The position numbers and the translations under genes were made by a program. A stretch of DNA of 64,000 bases, taken from the sequence record MW388002.1; one strand, written 5' to 3'. Source of the stretch: Acinetobacter phage Mokit. Below the pieces are notes generated by a model. That model saw nothing but the letters and a program-made list of their open reading frames with translations, was not told the origin of the DNA and made no database searches. Shown here in pieces: positions 47,045 through 55,891 of this stretch. Position 1 is the stretch's first letter, and each line of letters opens with the position of its first letter.

Positions 47045-47086
47045 ATCCCTGATATAAGCTTAGCGGTAACTAAGTTGTAACACTAA

Positions 47087-47284
47087 TTAGAACATTGCGT
47101 TGACAAGCTCAGAACCTGCAGCTAAAGGATTCTTGAACATCAATGCACCAGTAACGAACCCAACAATGAACAACAATGGGATGCATATACCTACACCTAC
47201 AACAACCCGATACCATAATGCGGCAGTTTCAGAAAAATTTTCTGCATTCTCATTAGCAATACGAATTTGACTAAAAATATTCAT
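47087..47284 (-). CDS. small membrane protein in the 43A/43B intervening segment
   Basis: 65 aa hydrophobic ORF. Confidence 0.35.
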   Translation of the reverse strand: MNIFSQIRIANENAENFSETAALWYRVVVGVGICIPLLFIVGFVTGALMFKNPLAAGSELVNAMF

Positions 47285-47598
47285 AGGCCTATCTCCCTAA
47301 AACATTGAAATAATAAACGATTTATTTCCAATTCTTTGCGAACAGATTCATTCATTAACTGTATGACTGTATTAATATCTGATTGGCTGGAGCAGCGTGC
47401 ATTGAGCACAGTTTCTGCATTTTTACGACACATGTCAAATGTATTAAAATATCCTGAATAGCGAGGCAATGTGATGGCTTCAAGGACATTAGGCATCCAT
47501 GAAAGGTGGAACTTTTCATCAATTTCGCCTATAGTAAATAGTGTTGTTTGACAACCTTGAATTTCATCAAACTCTTCAATGGATTTATATACTCTCAT
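47281..47598 (-). CDS. hypothetical protein in the intervening segment
   Basis: 105 aa ORF. Confidence 0.4.
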   Translation of the reverse strand: MRVYKSIEEFDEIQGCQTTLFTIGEIDEKFHLSWMPNVLEAITLPRYSGYFNTFDMCRKNAETVLNARCSSQSDINTVIQLMNESVRKELEINRLLFQCFREIGL

Positions 47599-47909
47599 TT
47601 ATTTAACACCAGTCTAAATTCAGGAAATCTAGCTTCACACTCACGAGAAGCCATTTCAAAAATATTCATAATATCATATATAGTTGAAGGAGTATTTGGC
47701 AAGCCAATAATACTATTCAATCCATTAGTAACAAAATCATTTATAAATGAAATTATATCTTCACCATCTTTAAATTTCAATGCTTTATGAATAAATTCAG
47801 CGGATAGTTCAGCATTACAAGTACCATTATAATGAATTGCACTTAATGGCCACACATTAATAAATGTTTCTCCTTCAGGAGTGATTATTACATCTCTTTC
47901 AATATTCAT
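47595..47909 (-). CDS. hypothetical protein whose 5' leader is GC-element copy 2
   Basis: 104 aa ORF; ATG 47909 lies ~20 nt downstream of the conserved element. Confidence 0.45.
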   Translation of the reverse strand: MNIERDVIITPEGETFINVWPLSAIHYNGTCNAELSAEFIHKALKFKDGEDIISFINDFVTNGLNSIIGLPNTPSTIYDIMNIFEMASRECEARFPEFRLVLNK

Positions 47910-48041
47910 ATCATACTCGACAATATTCAGATTTCGGCGCGAAGCGCCGGCTGCGCAGCAGCTATTCTAGTCCAACGGAACGGCTAAATTTAGAGCGGTG
48001 AACCGGTAGAACCATTATAACACAAAAAATTCGTAAAGCAT
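47910..48041 (-). promoter_or_regulatory. MotA-box-like promoter plus structured GC-rich 5' leader (repeat element copy 2)
   Basis: minus strand: aTGCTTTAcgaattttttgtgtTATAATggttctacc then blocks A/B of the element (47931-48013), 20-nt divergent core 47965-47984. Confidence 0.4.
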
Positions 48042-48078
48042 GTGTGTGCTTTACGAATGTAGATTAATTAATAGACAC

Positions 48079-48303
48079 TTAATTTTTATCGTATAGTTCC
48101 TTTATACACATTGATTTATATTCTAAAACTTCGGTGGCAGTCATAAACGCCATATCCTTTTCACTCTGCGTGTTCCGAGATTTAATTTGAACCAATGTAT
48201 TATGATCTATATTTACTCTAGGTACACAATCTCTGCGAACACCTGGTGTTATGATTTCACAAGGAAATTTTTCTACTATTTCTTTAATCATTTCATATGT
48301 CAT
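48079..48303 (-). CDS. small hypothetical protein in the intervening segment
   Basis: 74 aa ORF. Confidence 0.4.
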   Translation of the reverse strand: MTYEMIKEIVEKFPCEIITPGVRRDCVPRVNIDHNTLVQIKSRNTQSEKDMAFMTATEVLEYKSMCIKELYDKN

Positions 48304-48382
48304 AATGAATTCCTCTGATTTATAAGAATGATTATATCATAATCAAAAAGCAAAGTAAACAAATTTTAGAGAAAAAGAAAGG

Positions 48383-48402
48383 GACCGAAGTCCCTTATGA
48401 AA
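48383..48402 (-). promoter_or_regulatory. UUCG-loop hairpin
   Basis: minus strand GGGAC-UUCG-GUCCC. Confidence 0.4.
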
Positions 48403-48414
48403 GATATATAAGTT

Positions 48415-48705
48415 TTAAACGATACTATACATTGTTACTGCGATCGGAAGAATTTCATTTGTCAGAGCTTTAAGATTTTCTTCAGTGATTTTAGTATCTT
48501 GGAAACGATGAACAATACGTTCAATTTCAACTACCTTTTGTTTATTTGTTTCACGATCACGTGGATCAATTACTAATTTAATATTGCTGCCTTTAAATTC
48601 TAGAGCAAGAATGCCTAATGTAATTTTTGCATCCATTGAACGAGTAGAACGAGTGTCAATTACTGGAGCTGCTGTGTTAAATGCTAATTTAGATTGAGTG
48701 ATCAT
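48415..48705 (-). CDS. hypothetical protein (96 aa from internal ATG) in the intervening segment
   Basis: ATG 48705 just downstream of PeSL promoter ~48720-48775; track start lies inside the promoter. Confidence 0.4.
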   Translation of the reverse strand: MITQSKLAFNTAAPVIDTRSTRSMDAKITLGILALEFKGSNIKLVIDPRDRETNKQKVVEIERIVHRFQDTKITEENLKALTNEILPIAVTMYSIV

Positions 48706-48719
48706 AATATACTTCTCTG

Positions 48720-48775
48720 TAGTTGATAGGACTATTATAACAATAGTCCTATCAAAAGTAAACATTTATTTGATT
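48720..48775 (-). promoter_or_regulatory. PeSL-type early promoter (stem gataggac/gtcctatc) upstream of the 43A/43B-intervening ORFs
   Basis: gttgataggactattataacaatagtcctatcaaaagtaaacattt. Confidence 0.5.
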
Positions 48776-50274
48776 AATTTTTTAATCAATTCTGCATTAC
48801 GTTTTGCAGCCATCATTTTGTTCTTCCATTCTTTACGTTGAAAGAACACTTTAGTAATTTCTTGTGGAATAATGCCTTGTTTAGTTTTCAAATACATCAT
48901 ACCACTAGGTGAACATGAGAATTCTTCTGATGGACTAGGCGCAATTTTGTTAATAAAATCAGATAACTTTGGAGGCGCAAATTGTCCGGCAATAGTTTCT
49001 GGGCTGATATTAACTTGACGAATAATAGATGGATATAACGATGTTACATCAAATGATACAACATATTTGTATGCGCCAGGTTTAGGTTCTTTAACATATG
49101 CTCCTGAATACGATTGGCGAATATTTGGTTTACTTTCGGGTAAAACTAAATGATCAGCTTTTAAAGAGTTGAACAAAATTGCATCCCAGGTTTTTACTGG
49201 GCTCATTACTGTTGCAATGTTCATTCGTGCATAATAACCCATTGAAATTGATAGATTAATAAATCCACGTTTTGCATCAATTGCTTGAACACAGTACACG
49301 TCAATAATGTTATATGAAATGTAACGTTGATGATTTGATCCACGTAGTTTATCGATTGGGCCGTCATATTCTAATTTGTTGATCCCGGCTTCATACTCTG
49401 CAATATAATCAAGCTTATATGATGGCTGAGACGTGAAAGCAAACTTTTTATACAAATCTAGATAATCGAGAATCATTACTCCAGAAATGTTGAAAATTTC
49501 TTTATCACCGTACATGTTTGTAATAACTTTTGATGTAATCTTACCAAATGGACTTAAACGGGACATGCCTGAAACGCCTAAAACGTTTTTGATTCGATTG
49601 ACAATGTATGGAATATCAAAACCTTCTACGTTCCATCCAGTGAAAATAACAGGTGTGTGTTTTTCCCAGAACTCAACGTACGCCAACAGCATTTCACGTT
49701 CAGATTCATACGATTGATACACCACTTTATCCAAAATATGTTGTGGCACTTCATCACCACCTTCTTCAATTGATTTTGCTGCAAGTTCTTTAGACCATTT
49801 AGTAACACGTCCTCGAGCAGAATTTAGCAAATCAAATACAAAATACTTGTCTTCAATTGAGTCATAATGTGTAATAGCATCAATTTCATACTTTGCAAAA
49901 GTTGGATCTGGGAATTCACCTGCAGTTACCTCAATGTCACAGTTAGCAACACGAATAGCATCGCGACTGTAAGTAATTTCCTTTTTGCCATAAATATCTG
50001 AAATGTATGCAAGTCTAAAGTCATCCATGCCAAGGATTTCTACAATACCACGAGTTTTTTGCATCCAGTCTTTTGCTTCACGAATAGATCCAAATCGTTT
50101 TGGCATACATGGCTTACCATAGATGTCTTTATATTTTGTGTTTGTGCCATCTTTAGCATGAATAAAAAGAGTAGGTTCATATGGAATTTCACGAATTTTT
50201 TCAATGCCATCTTCAACATAACGTTCTTGAATGCGATCACCTGACTGTTCAACAACTAAATAAAAATTAGACAT
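48766..50274 (-). CDS. 43: DNA polymerase gp43, N-terminal part (43A: 3'-5' exonuclease domain and motif A)
   Basis: ...RVANCDIEVTAGEFPDP, AITHYDSIEDKYFVFDLLNS, DVTSLYPSIIRQVNISPETI align with T4 gp43 residues 1-~480; ends ...ELIKKLIK where T4 continues. Confidence 0.85.
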   Translation of the reverse strand: MSNFYLVVEQSGDRIQERYVEDGIEKIREIPYEPTLFIHAKDGTNTKYKDIYGKPCMPKRFGSIREAKDWMQKTRGIVEILGMDDFRLAYISDIYGKKEITYSRDAIRVANCDIEVTAGEFPDPTFAKYEIDAITHYDSIEDKYFVFDLLNSARGRVTKWSKELAAKSIEEGGDEVPQHILDKVVYQSYESEREMLLAYVEFWEKHTPVIFTGWNVEGFDIPYIVNRIKNVLGVSGMSRLSPFGKITSKVITNMYGDKEIFNISGVMILDYLDLYKKFAFTSQPSYKLDYIAEYEAGINKLEYDGPIDKLRGSNHQRYISYNIIDVYCVQAIDAKRGFINLSISMGYYARMNIATVMSPVKTWDAILFNSLKADHLVLPESKPNIRQSYSGAYVKEPKPGAYKYVVSFDVTSLYPSIIRQVNISPETIAGQFAPPKLSDFINKIAPSPSEEFSCSPSGMMYLKTKQGIIPQEITKVFFQRKEWKNKMMAAKRNAELIKKLIK

Positions 50275-50347
50275 GATTTCTCCTAAAGGGAATATTTTGG
50301 AATATTGTATACCACAAAAAGAGGAAGCTGTCTTCCTCTTTGTTTTG

Positions 50348-50599
50348 TTATTTGGATTCTACTACTGCGGATTTGGTCATTTCTTCACGCGGTACCCAAT
50401 TGTCTTTATCGGTTTTGACATAACACCCAGTGATTAGGCTATACTTGACAGTACGTCCAGTGTTTGATTCATAACTTTTGCATGAAATATATTCTGAAGC
50501 CATTGACCATACAGAAGCTATAGCCAAAATAATTACTGCAATTATAATAGTTGCGATAAACTCAGCTTTGTTTGCACTCATGTTATGCTCCGACCACAT
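50348..50599 (-). CDS. small membrane protein (83 aa)
   Basis: single TM; between regA and 43A. Confidence 0.4.
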   Translation of the reverse strand: MWSEHNMSANKAEFIATIIIAVIILAIASVWSMASEYISCKSYESNTGRTVKYSLITGCYVKTDKDNWVPREEMTKSAVVESK

Positions 50600-50966
50600 A
50601 TTTAGATTTAAGTGTCCATTCAGATTTCTGAACAGCTTTGATTACACGGAAGTTGTTAGTAACTTCAATTTCAGGCGGAGCATATTCCACTTCAAGTAAG
50701 CCCCAAGTTTCAAGTGTCTTGGCAATAGATACGGTGCGTTGTACATCTTCATCTGAGATTTGAACTACCTTTCCATCAAGGCGCATCATATCTTTGAAGT
50801 GCACAATATAATATTGTGGCTCGCCTGAAATTGGATCTTGCTTCTTTAAGATGTGGCATGACTGATATAAAATTTTATCACGTTGATTCGCAATACCCAT
50901 GCGTGTTAACGTTTCTTTGATTTTAAGGAAATTTTCATTTTGTACAAGTTTAATAGGGATCATCAT
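50583..50966 (-). CDS. regA: translational repressor RegA
   Basis: FLKIKETLTRMGIANQRDKILYQSCHILKKQ ... NNFRVI match T4 RegA. Confidence 0.8.
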   Translation of the reverse strand: MMIPIKLVQNENFLKIKETLTRMGIANQRDKILYQSCHILKKQDPISGEPQYYIVHFKDMMRLDGKVVQISDEDVQRTVSIAKTLETWGLLEVEYAPPEIEVTNNFRVIKAVQKSEWTLKSKYVVGA

Positions 50967-51532
50967 AGCTGCTTCAACTCTTTAATTTCTTTAGGGTTTT
51001 TGGTGATAGATTTAAGGAATTCATCGGTAGCAAGAAATTTTGCTGTAGATAACACCTCATCTAATTTGCCTTTACGAGTTAATAATACTTTATAATCGTA
51101 TGCAACTTGAGGGTTCACTTTATAGTATGCCGACAATAATTTGATAATGTATTGATCTTTAATACCTTCATCAAGTTTTAACGCCTTTGAAAATCTACGA
51201 CCTCGTGGAATAAGTTGCGTCAAATAGTTATAATGTGCTTGATCAGGAAGCCCAGTCATAAACATATTTGCGTTGTACACTGTCGAGATACATTCGATGT
51301 GCTGACTTAACATGTTGTCAATTGCAAACTTTGAATAACTCTCAATATGGCTAACATCAAGTTCACGTTTATCGACATTAATATTATTCAATACAAGGAA
51401 AAACTCATTTTCTGGCTTTTCTTTATATTCTTCAATTAATTTTTTGACTGCATCCCAGTCACGATTAGACCAAGCTATTTGATGAGGATTTAATATTTCC
51501 TCATCATCACCAAATAAACATAACATACTCAT
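50963..51532 (-). CDS. 62: clamp-loader small subunit (gp62)
   Basis: 189 aa, position between regA and 44, ...HQIAWSNRDWDAV...ENEFF similar to T4 gp62 N-terminus. Confidence 0.7.
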   Translation of the reverse strand: MSMLCLFGDDEEILNPHQIAWSNRDWDAVKKLIEEYKEKPENEFFLVLNNINVDKRELDVSHIESYSKFAIDNMLSQHIECISTVYNANMFMTGLPDQAHYNYLTQLIPRGRRFSKALKLDEGIKDQYIIKLLSAYYKVNPQVAYDYKVLLTRKGKLDEVLSTAKFLATDEFLKSITKNPKEIKELKQL

Positions 51533-51592
51533 TGTAATTTACTCAATATGAATTATCAGTTAATGCTATTCAAATAATAGCCCGAAGTAAAA

Positions 51593-52576
51593 TTATTGGT
51601 TCACCCATTTCATTTCTTTCAGCAGCTGAATGAATAAGTAAACTAAATGGATTTCTGCATTAGCAGCTAGACCATGCATTTGATTATTTTCACCTACGAT
51701 TTCATACATACGAAGAGCAGATACAGGGTCTACACGAGTATATAATTCATCTAATAATTTTTCGATGAAGACTGCATAGTCTGGTGCATATTTTTTTGCA
51801 AGTTTACGAAGATCTGAGAAACTACCTTTGACACCAGTTGCACCTAAAGCGGTGAGGATGTCATCCATTGATCCACGAGTTTCCATAACCATTGACAAGA
51901 TGCCTTGATCAATAATTCCATTTGTAGAATAATGGTCAAGATCACTAATGGTTTTACGAAAATCTGGGAAGTTTTTCTTTACTAATGCTGCAATAACAGT
52001 AGGTGTTTCTATTTTAATATTTTCATTTTTGCAAATTTCAATACATCGTACGACCATTTGACGCATCATATTTGTTGTGTCATCGCCTACAGGTGAACCG
52101 AACTTAACAACCTTTGCACGAGATTTGATTGGTCTAGAGATACCATCAAGATTATTTGCAGTAATAATAACCGAACAGTTTTTAGCATAAGCTTCCATGA
52201 ATGAACGAAGGTAACGTTGTGCTTCAGCGAGTTGCGGTCGATCAAACTCATCCAAAATAATTACCTTAGGCTTGCCTTCAATTGATTTTGAAGATGCAAA
52301 ACGAGTTAATTCATTTTTGACAAAATCGATACCGATACCAGACCCATTGACGAAAATATATTCTGCACCAATGTCATTACATAACGCAATTGCAACAGTT
52401 GTTTTGCCTGTTCCAGGAGAGTTTGATTGCAATACCAAATGTGGAAGTTTACCTTTAGCAACAAGACCTTTAAAAATTTCTTTATCAGCTTGAGGTAAAA
52501 TACACTCGTCAATTGTAGTTGGACGGTATTTTAATTCAAACATGTGTTCACGATTGTTAATTGATAGTGCTGTCAT
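51593..52576 (-). CDS. 44: clamp-loader large subunit (gp44, AAA+)
   Basis: KYRPTTIDECILP, SNSPGTGKTTVA (Walker A), ILDEFDR, SRAKVV align with T4 gp44. Confidence 0.85.
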   Translation of the reverse strand: MTALSINNREHMFELKYRPTTIDECILPQADKEIFKGLVAKGKLPHLVLQSNSPGTGKTTVAIALCNDIGAEYIFVNGSGIGIDFVKNELTRFASSKSIEGKPKVIILDEFDRPQLAEAQRYLRSFMEAYAKNCSVIITANNLDGISRPIKSRAKVVKFGSPVGDDTTNMMRQMVVRCIEICKNENIKIETPTVIAALVKKNFPDFRKTISDLDHYSTNGIIDQGILSMVMETRGSMDDILTALGATGVKGSFSDLRKLAKKYAPDYAVFIEKLLDELYTRVDPVSALRMYEIVGENNQMHGLAANAEIHLVYLFIQLLKEMKWVNQ

Positions 52577-52598
52577 AATATATCTCTCTTAGACAATT

Positions 52599-52620
52599 CA
52601 AATGAGGGCCCGAAGGCCCA
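52599..52620 (-). promoter_or_regulatory. UUCG-loop hairpin between genes 45 and 44
   Basis: minus strand GGGCC-UUCG-GGCCC. Confidence 0.45.
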
Positions 52621-52624
52621 TTTA

Positions 52625-53314
52625 TCAAAAGTTGTGAGTTGAGCCATCTTCTAACGAAATTACATATGACGCTTGTTCACCGACAAACTTTGCAGCATAT
52701 TGTTCACCGACGGCCCATAATTTGACGGTATAGTCAGCCGGAAGAATTTTCATGTTTTCTAAATGAATAATGAATTTAAATTCTTTATCGCCGGTATAAT
52801 CAGCAACTTCAAATGTAGATAATGCTTTAGAGAAATTTGGATCAAGTTCTTTGTTGTATGCAGCAATTACTATTTTGCCATTTTCGTTGCCGATTGATAA
52901 TGTATTAGCACCAAGCCCATGAGAAATTTTCATCAATTGTTTAAAATCTTCACCATTGAGTTCAAATTCTACTGAAGCTGGCGGAAATTTAATTGCGTTT
53001 TTAGGATATACGATTGAATCTAATTCTGCTGCAGGCCAAGTAATTACAGAACGCTTACCTTTAATCGTGATTTCATTACCACTTGATGTGATTTCGGAAT
53101 CTTCACCTGATAGCGATAAGATACTTAAAAACGCATTGAGATCAAAGATTGCGACATTAAATTCAATTTCTTCGCCGGGTGGGAGCATGGTTTCAGCATA
53201 AGTGGCACCAGATGCAGATCGAGTCATTACAAAATCACCGGCTTTAAAATAGATACCAGAGTTAATTGTTGCAAAGTTTTTGAGAATTGATACAAACTGT
53301 TTTGAAAATTTCAT
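52625..53314 (-). CDS. 45: sliding clamp (gp45)
   Basis: MKFSKQFVSILKNFATINSGI...VMTRSASGATYAE...AVGEQYAAKFVGEQASYVISLE..STHNF closely matches T4 gp45. Confidence 0.9.
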   Translation of the reverse strand: MKFSKQFVSILKNFATINSGIYFKAGDFVMTRSASGATYAETMLPPGEEIEFNVAIFDLNAFLSILSLSGEDSEITSSGNEITIKGKRSVITWPAAELDSIVYPKNAIKFPPASVEFELNGEDFKQLMKISHGLGANTLSIGNENGKIVIAAYNKELDPNFSKALSTFEVADYTGDKEFKFIIHLENMKILPADYTVKLWAVGEQYAAKFVGEQASYVISLEDGSTHNF

Positions 53315-53351
53315 AATTACCTCTTAGTTACTTAAAAATTATATCACATCA

Positions 53352-53726
53352 TTATGCAGTTTGTTTAGCTTCACGTTCTGCAAAACGTTCGATGAAAATT
53401 TGTGCAGCTTGAATTAATACTTCGTCTGGATCTACACAATATGCATCTTCTAGACGACGTAATCCATTAACACGAATTTCTTTTGCATTGTTTTTCGCAG
53501 CATTTTCATTGGCTTTGCTAAGCATAGAAGTCCAAATTTCATTAACTTCTTTATCAAATGAGATATATAACTGTCGTTTAACATCACCCGGAAAATTAGC
53601 GAATTTTGCTTTGACTTCGTCCGGCATCTGCAATGACCATGATTTACGAATACGATTATCTGCAGATTCACCACGAGAATGTTTAGGTTGCAAGTCATTA
53701 ACAGTGATTTCTTTAAAATTTAACAT
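53352..53726 (-). CDS. hypothetical protein in the rpbA position (possible RNA-polymerase-binding protein A)
   Basis: 124 aa ORF between 45 and 46 as T4 rpbA; no sequence confirmation possible. Confidence 0.35.
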   Translation of the reverse strand: MLNFKEITVNDLQPKHSRGESADNRIRKSWSLQMPDEVKAKFANFPGDVKRQLYISFDKEVNEIWTSMLSKANENAAKNNAKEIRVNGLRRLEDAYCVDPDEVLIQAAQIFIERFAEREAKQTA

Positions 53727-53762
53727 TATGTAGAGTACCTTATAACATAGGATGAGTATATT

Positions 53763-53999
53763 TTAAATCAAATTATTAAAAGCAGAATTAATTTGAGTTT
53801 GTCTATGCGGATCGTATATATTTTCAATAACAGCCCACGCTGGGCTCCTATTTGACATAATCTTCATGCGCTCGGTTTCATCCGGAAACGCTTGAACTAA
53901 CCGCGCTTCAGTCACAGTTAGTTCTTGGCCTGAATAAAGATTAATCAATGTCCATGTAGGTATTTCCGGATAAGTTATAATATCATTAAATGGCTCCAT
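53763..53999 (-). CDS. small hypothetical protein
   Basis: 78 aa ORF. Confidence 0.4.
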   Translation of the reverse strand: MEPFNDIITYPEIPTWTLINLYSGQELTVTEARLVQAFPDETERMKIMSNRSPAWAVIENIYDPHRQTQINSAFNNLI

Positions 54000-54008
54000 T
54001 GTATACCT

Positions 54009-54209
54009 CTAATTTAAACAAATTACCTTTTCACCTGTCTCATCAAACATCTGCTCAATTGGGTCCCATGTACAAATCGACGCGTGGAAATGAGATTCTC
54101 GTACGCAATTGCCTTCATCATCTGATGCTGTGACAACCTTGCATTTGAGAAGCTCCGGGTGCTTCTCAACTAATTTATTGAGATTGGCTAAGTACTGCTT
54201 GAGATTCAT
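54009..54209 (-). CDS. small Cys-containing hypothetical protein
   Basis: 66 aa ORF, start/stop overlap with gp46. Confidence 0.4.
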   Translation of the reverse strand: MNLKQYLANLNKLVEKHPELLKCKVVTASDDEGNCVRESHFHASICTWDPIEQMFDETGEKVICLN

Positions 54210-55891
54210 TACGACTCCATAATTGTAAAACGTCCGACTTTTTTCATCTGCAAATGCTGGCCATAGTCTTGAGGATTATGATCTCTATGCGAAATGATAA
54301 AAATATTCGAATCTTTCATGTTGTTTAAAATTGTTGTTACCGATTTTGTTGCAGCACTGTCAAAGGCGCCGTCAAAAACTTCATCTAAGAATAGGCAAGA
54401 GATCTTGATACCGGATATTTTTTCTGCAATATCACGCCAAGTAAACATTAACGCCAAATCAATTCGTCCTTTTTCTCCTTGAGAAAAAGATGCATATGAA
54501 AAGTCTTCACGACCGCGAGATTTAATTGTTTCTGAAAATTCTTCATCTAATGTGAATGAATAGTCAGCTTCCATCATCTCTAAATATGAATTAATTTGTT
54601 TGTTGAATATCGGAATATATTTTTTGATAATAGAGCCTTTAATGCCTGAATCTTTCAACATTTCGGTAATTACAGATCGCCTTTGTTTTTCGATAACTAA
54701 ATTGCTCTTTTGTTGAATATCGTTGACCAATGACTCTTTGAGTGCATCAATTTCAGAAGTGTTATCAACAAAATCTTTCTTAGCTTCTTCTAAAGCGCTG
54801 TTAATTGTTTTGACACGTTGAACCTGTTGTAATGCCAATTGCCGATTAGTAGCAATTTTGTTTTCTATTACACGAATTTTTTCTCTTGCTTCTAAGTGTG
54901 CTACCTTTCTTGCATGCACCTCTGCATGAATTTCTTTCAGCTCTTCAAATTTTGCAGTCAATTCATTTTTTGATTGTTCAATTTTATCGACTAATGAATC
55001 ATCAGAAAGTAATTGAAGGCAGGTAGGACAAGAACCACCATTCTCATACAATTTTAATACACGTATAGTAGAATTAAGTTCACTTTCTGCACGGACCACT
55101 GCACTATGTGCATTACGGCTTTCATCTGATGGATCTTCGCCTGCATCAATCTGTACAACTTGAAGATTATACTCTTGGTTTTCGGCCTTTATTCGATCAA
55201 TTTCTTGAATTGCTTGCTCTTTCATTGCTTCAAATCTAGCAATGTTATCACCTGAAAGTTTCTTTTGACGTTCAGCTGCCGCGGTTAAAGTTTGGATTTG
55301 TGTTTGAGTATGAGTAATACTCATTTCGATTTTAGCCAGCTCAGCGTTGATATTTCGAATTTCTTCTTTATTCAACTTATCCATATCTGCTAAAACAGAA
55401 ACTTCTAATAAATCTTCAACTAGTTTCCGACGTGCACCTGCAGATAGGCTCATAAATGGCGTATAACCTGCCGTTCCAAGAACTACCACCTGTTTGTATG
55501 AGTTGTAGTTCATGCCAATCATTGTTTCGAATTCACTTTGAAAATCTTTGACACTTGCCGCAGCGTCTAACACAACACCGTCTTTTTTGACTTCGAAGAT
55601 ATTTGGTTTGATTCCGCGTTTAATGACATAAACACTATTGTTATATTCCATTTCGAGTACAACTAACAGCCCCTTCTTATTGATACTATTAAGAAGTTGG
55701 CCTTTCTTAATATCACGAAATGGCTTGCCAAATAGTGCAAAAGTGATTGCTTCTAATAACGTGGATTTGCCTCCGCCATTAGCTCCTGTGATGAGTGTCT
55801 TATGAGCCTTATTAAGCTGTATGATAATGGGCGCGTCTCCTACCGACATAATATTACGGTACTCAATGCTATTCAGTTTAAAAGTTTTCAT
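54209..55891 (-). CDS. 46: recombination endonuclease subunit gp46 (Rad50/SbcC-like ATPase)
   Basis: N-terminal Walker A LITGANGGGKSTLLEAITFALFGKPFRD, zinc hook CPTCLQ, C-terminal LFLDEVFDG...IISHRD signature; collinear with T4 gp46. Confidence 0.9.
   Translation of the reverse strand: MKTFKLNSIEYRNIMSVGDAPIIIQLNKAHKTLITGANGGGKSTLLEAITFALFGKPFRDIKKGQLLNSINKKGLLVVLEMEYNNSVYVIKRGIKPNIFEVKKDGVVLDAAASVKDFQSEFETMIGMNYNSYKQVVVLGTAGYTPFMSLSAGARRKLVEDLLEVSVLADMDKLNKEEIRNINAELAKIEMSITHTQTQIQTLTAAAERQKKLSGDNIARFEAMKEQAIQEIDRIKAENQEYNLQVVQIDAGEDPSDESRNAHSAVVRAESELNSTIRVLKLYENGGSCPTCLQLLSDDSLVDKIEQSKNELTAKFEELKEIHAEVHARKVAHLEAREKIRVIENKIATNRQLALQQVQRVKTINSALEEAKKDFVDNTSEIDALKESLVNDIQQKSNLVIEKQRRSVITEMLKDSGIKGSIIKKYIPIFNKQINSYLEMMEADYSFTLDEEFSETIKSRGREDFSYASFSQGEKGRIDLALMFTWRDIAEKISGIKISCLFLDEVFDGAFDSAATKSVTTILNNMKDSNIFIISHRDHNPQDYGQHLQMKKVGRFTIMES

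Noticed and set aside
14271-48013. The two inverted GC-rich copies as ends of a 33.6-kb composite mobile element or invertible segment
   Set aside because: The interval contains essential core genes (41, 61, 42, 43, 56, dda) in conserved T4 order, so a transposon is implausible. Recombination between the copies remains possible but is not supported by anything visible in the sequence.
14271-48013. CRISPR array
   Set aside because: There are only two copies, in opposite orientation and 33 kb apart. The conserved parts flank a single variable 20-mer rather than forming repeat-spacer-repeat units.
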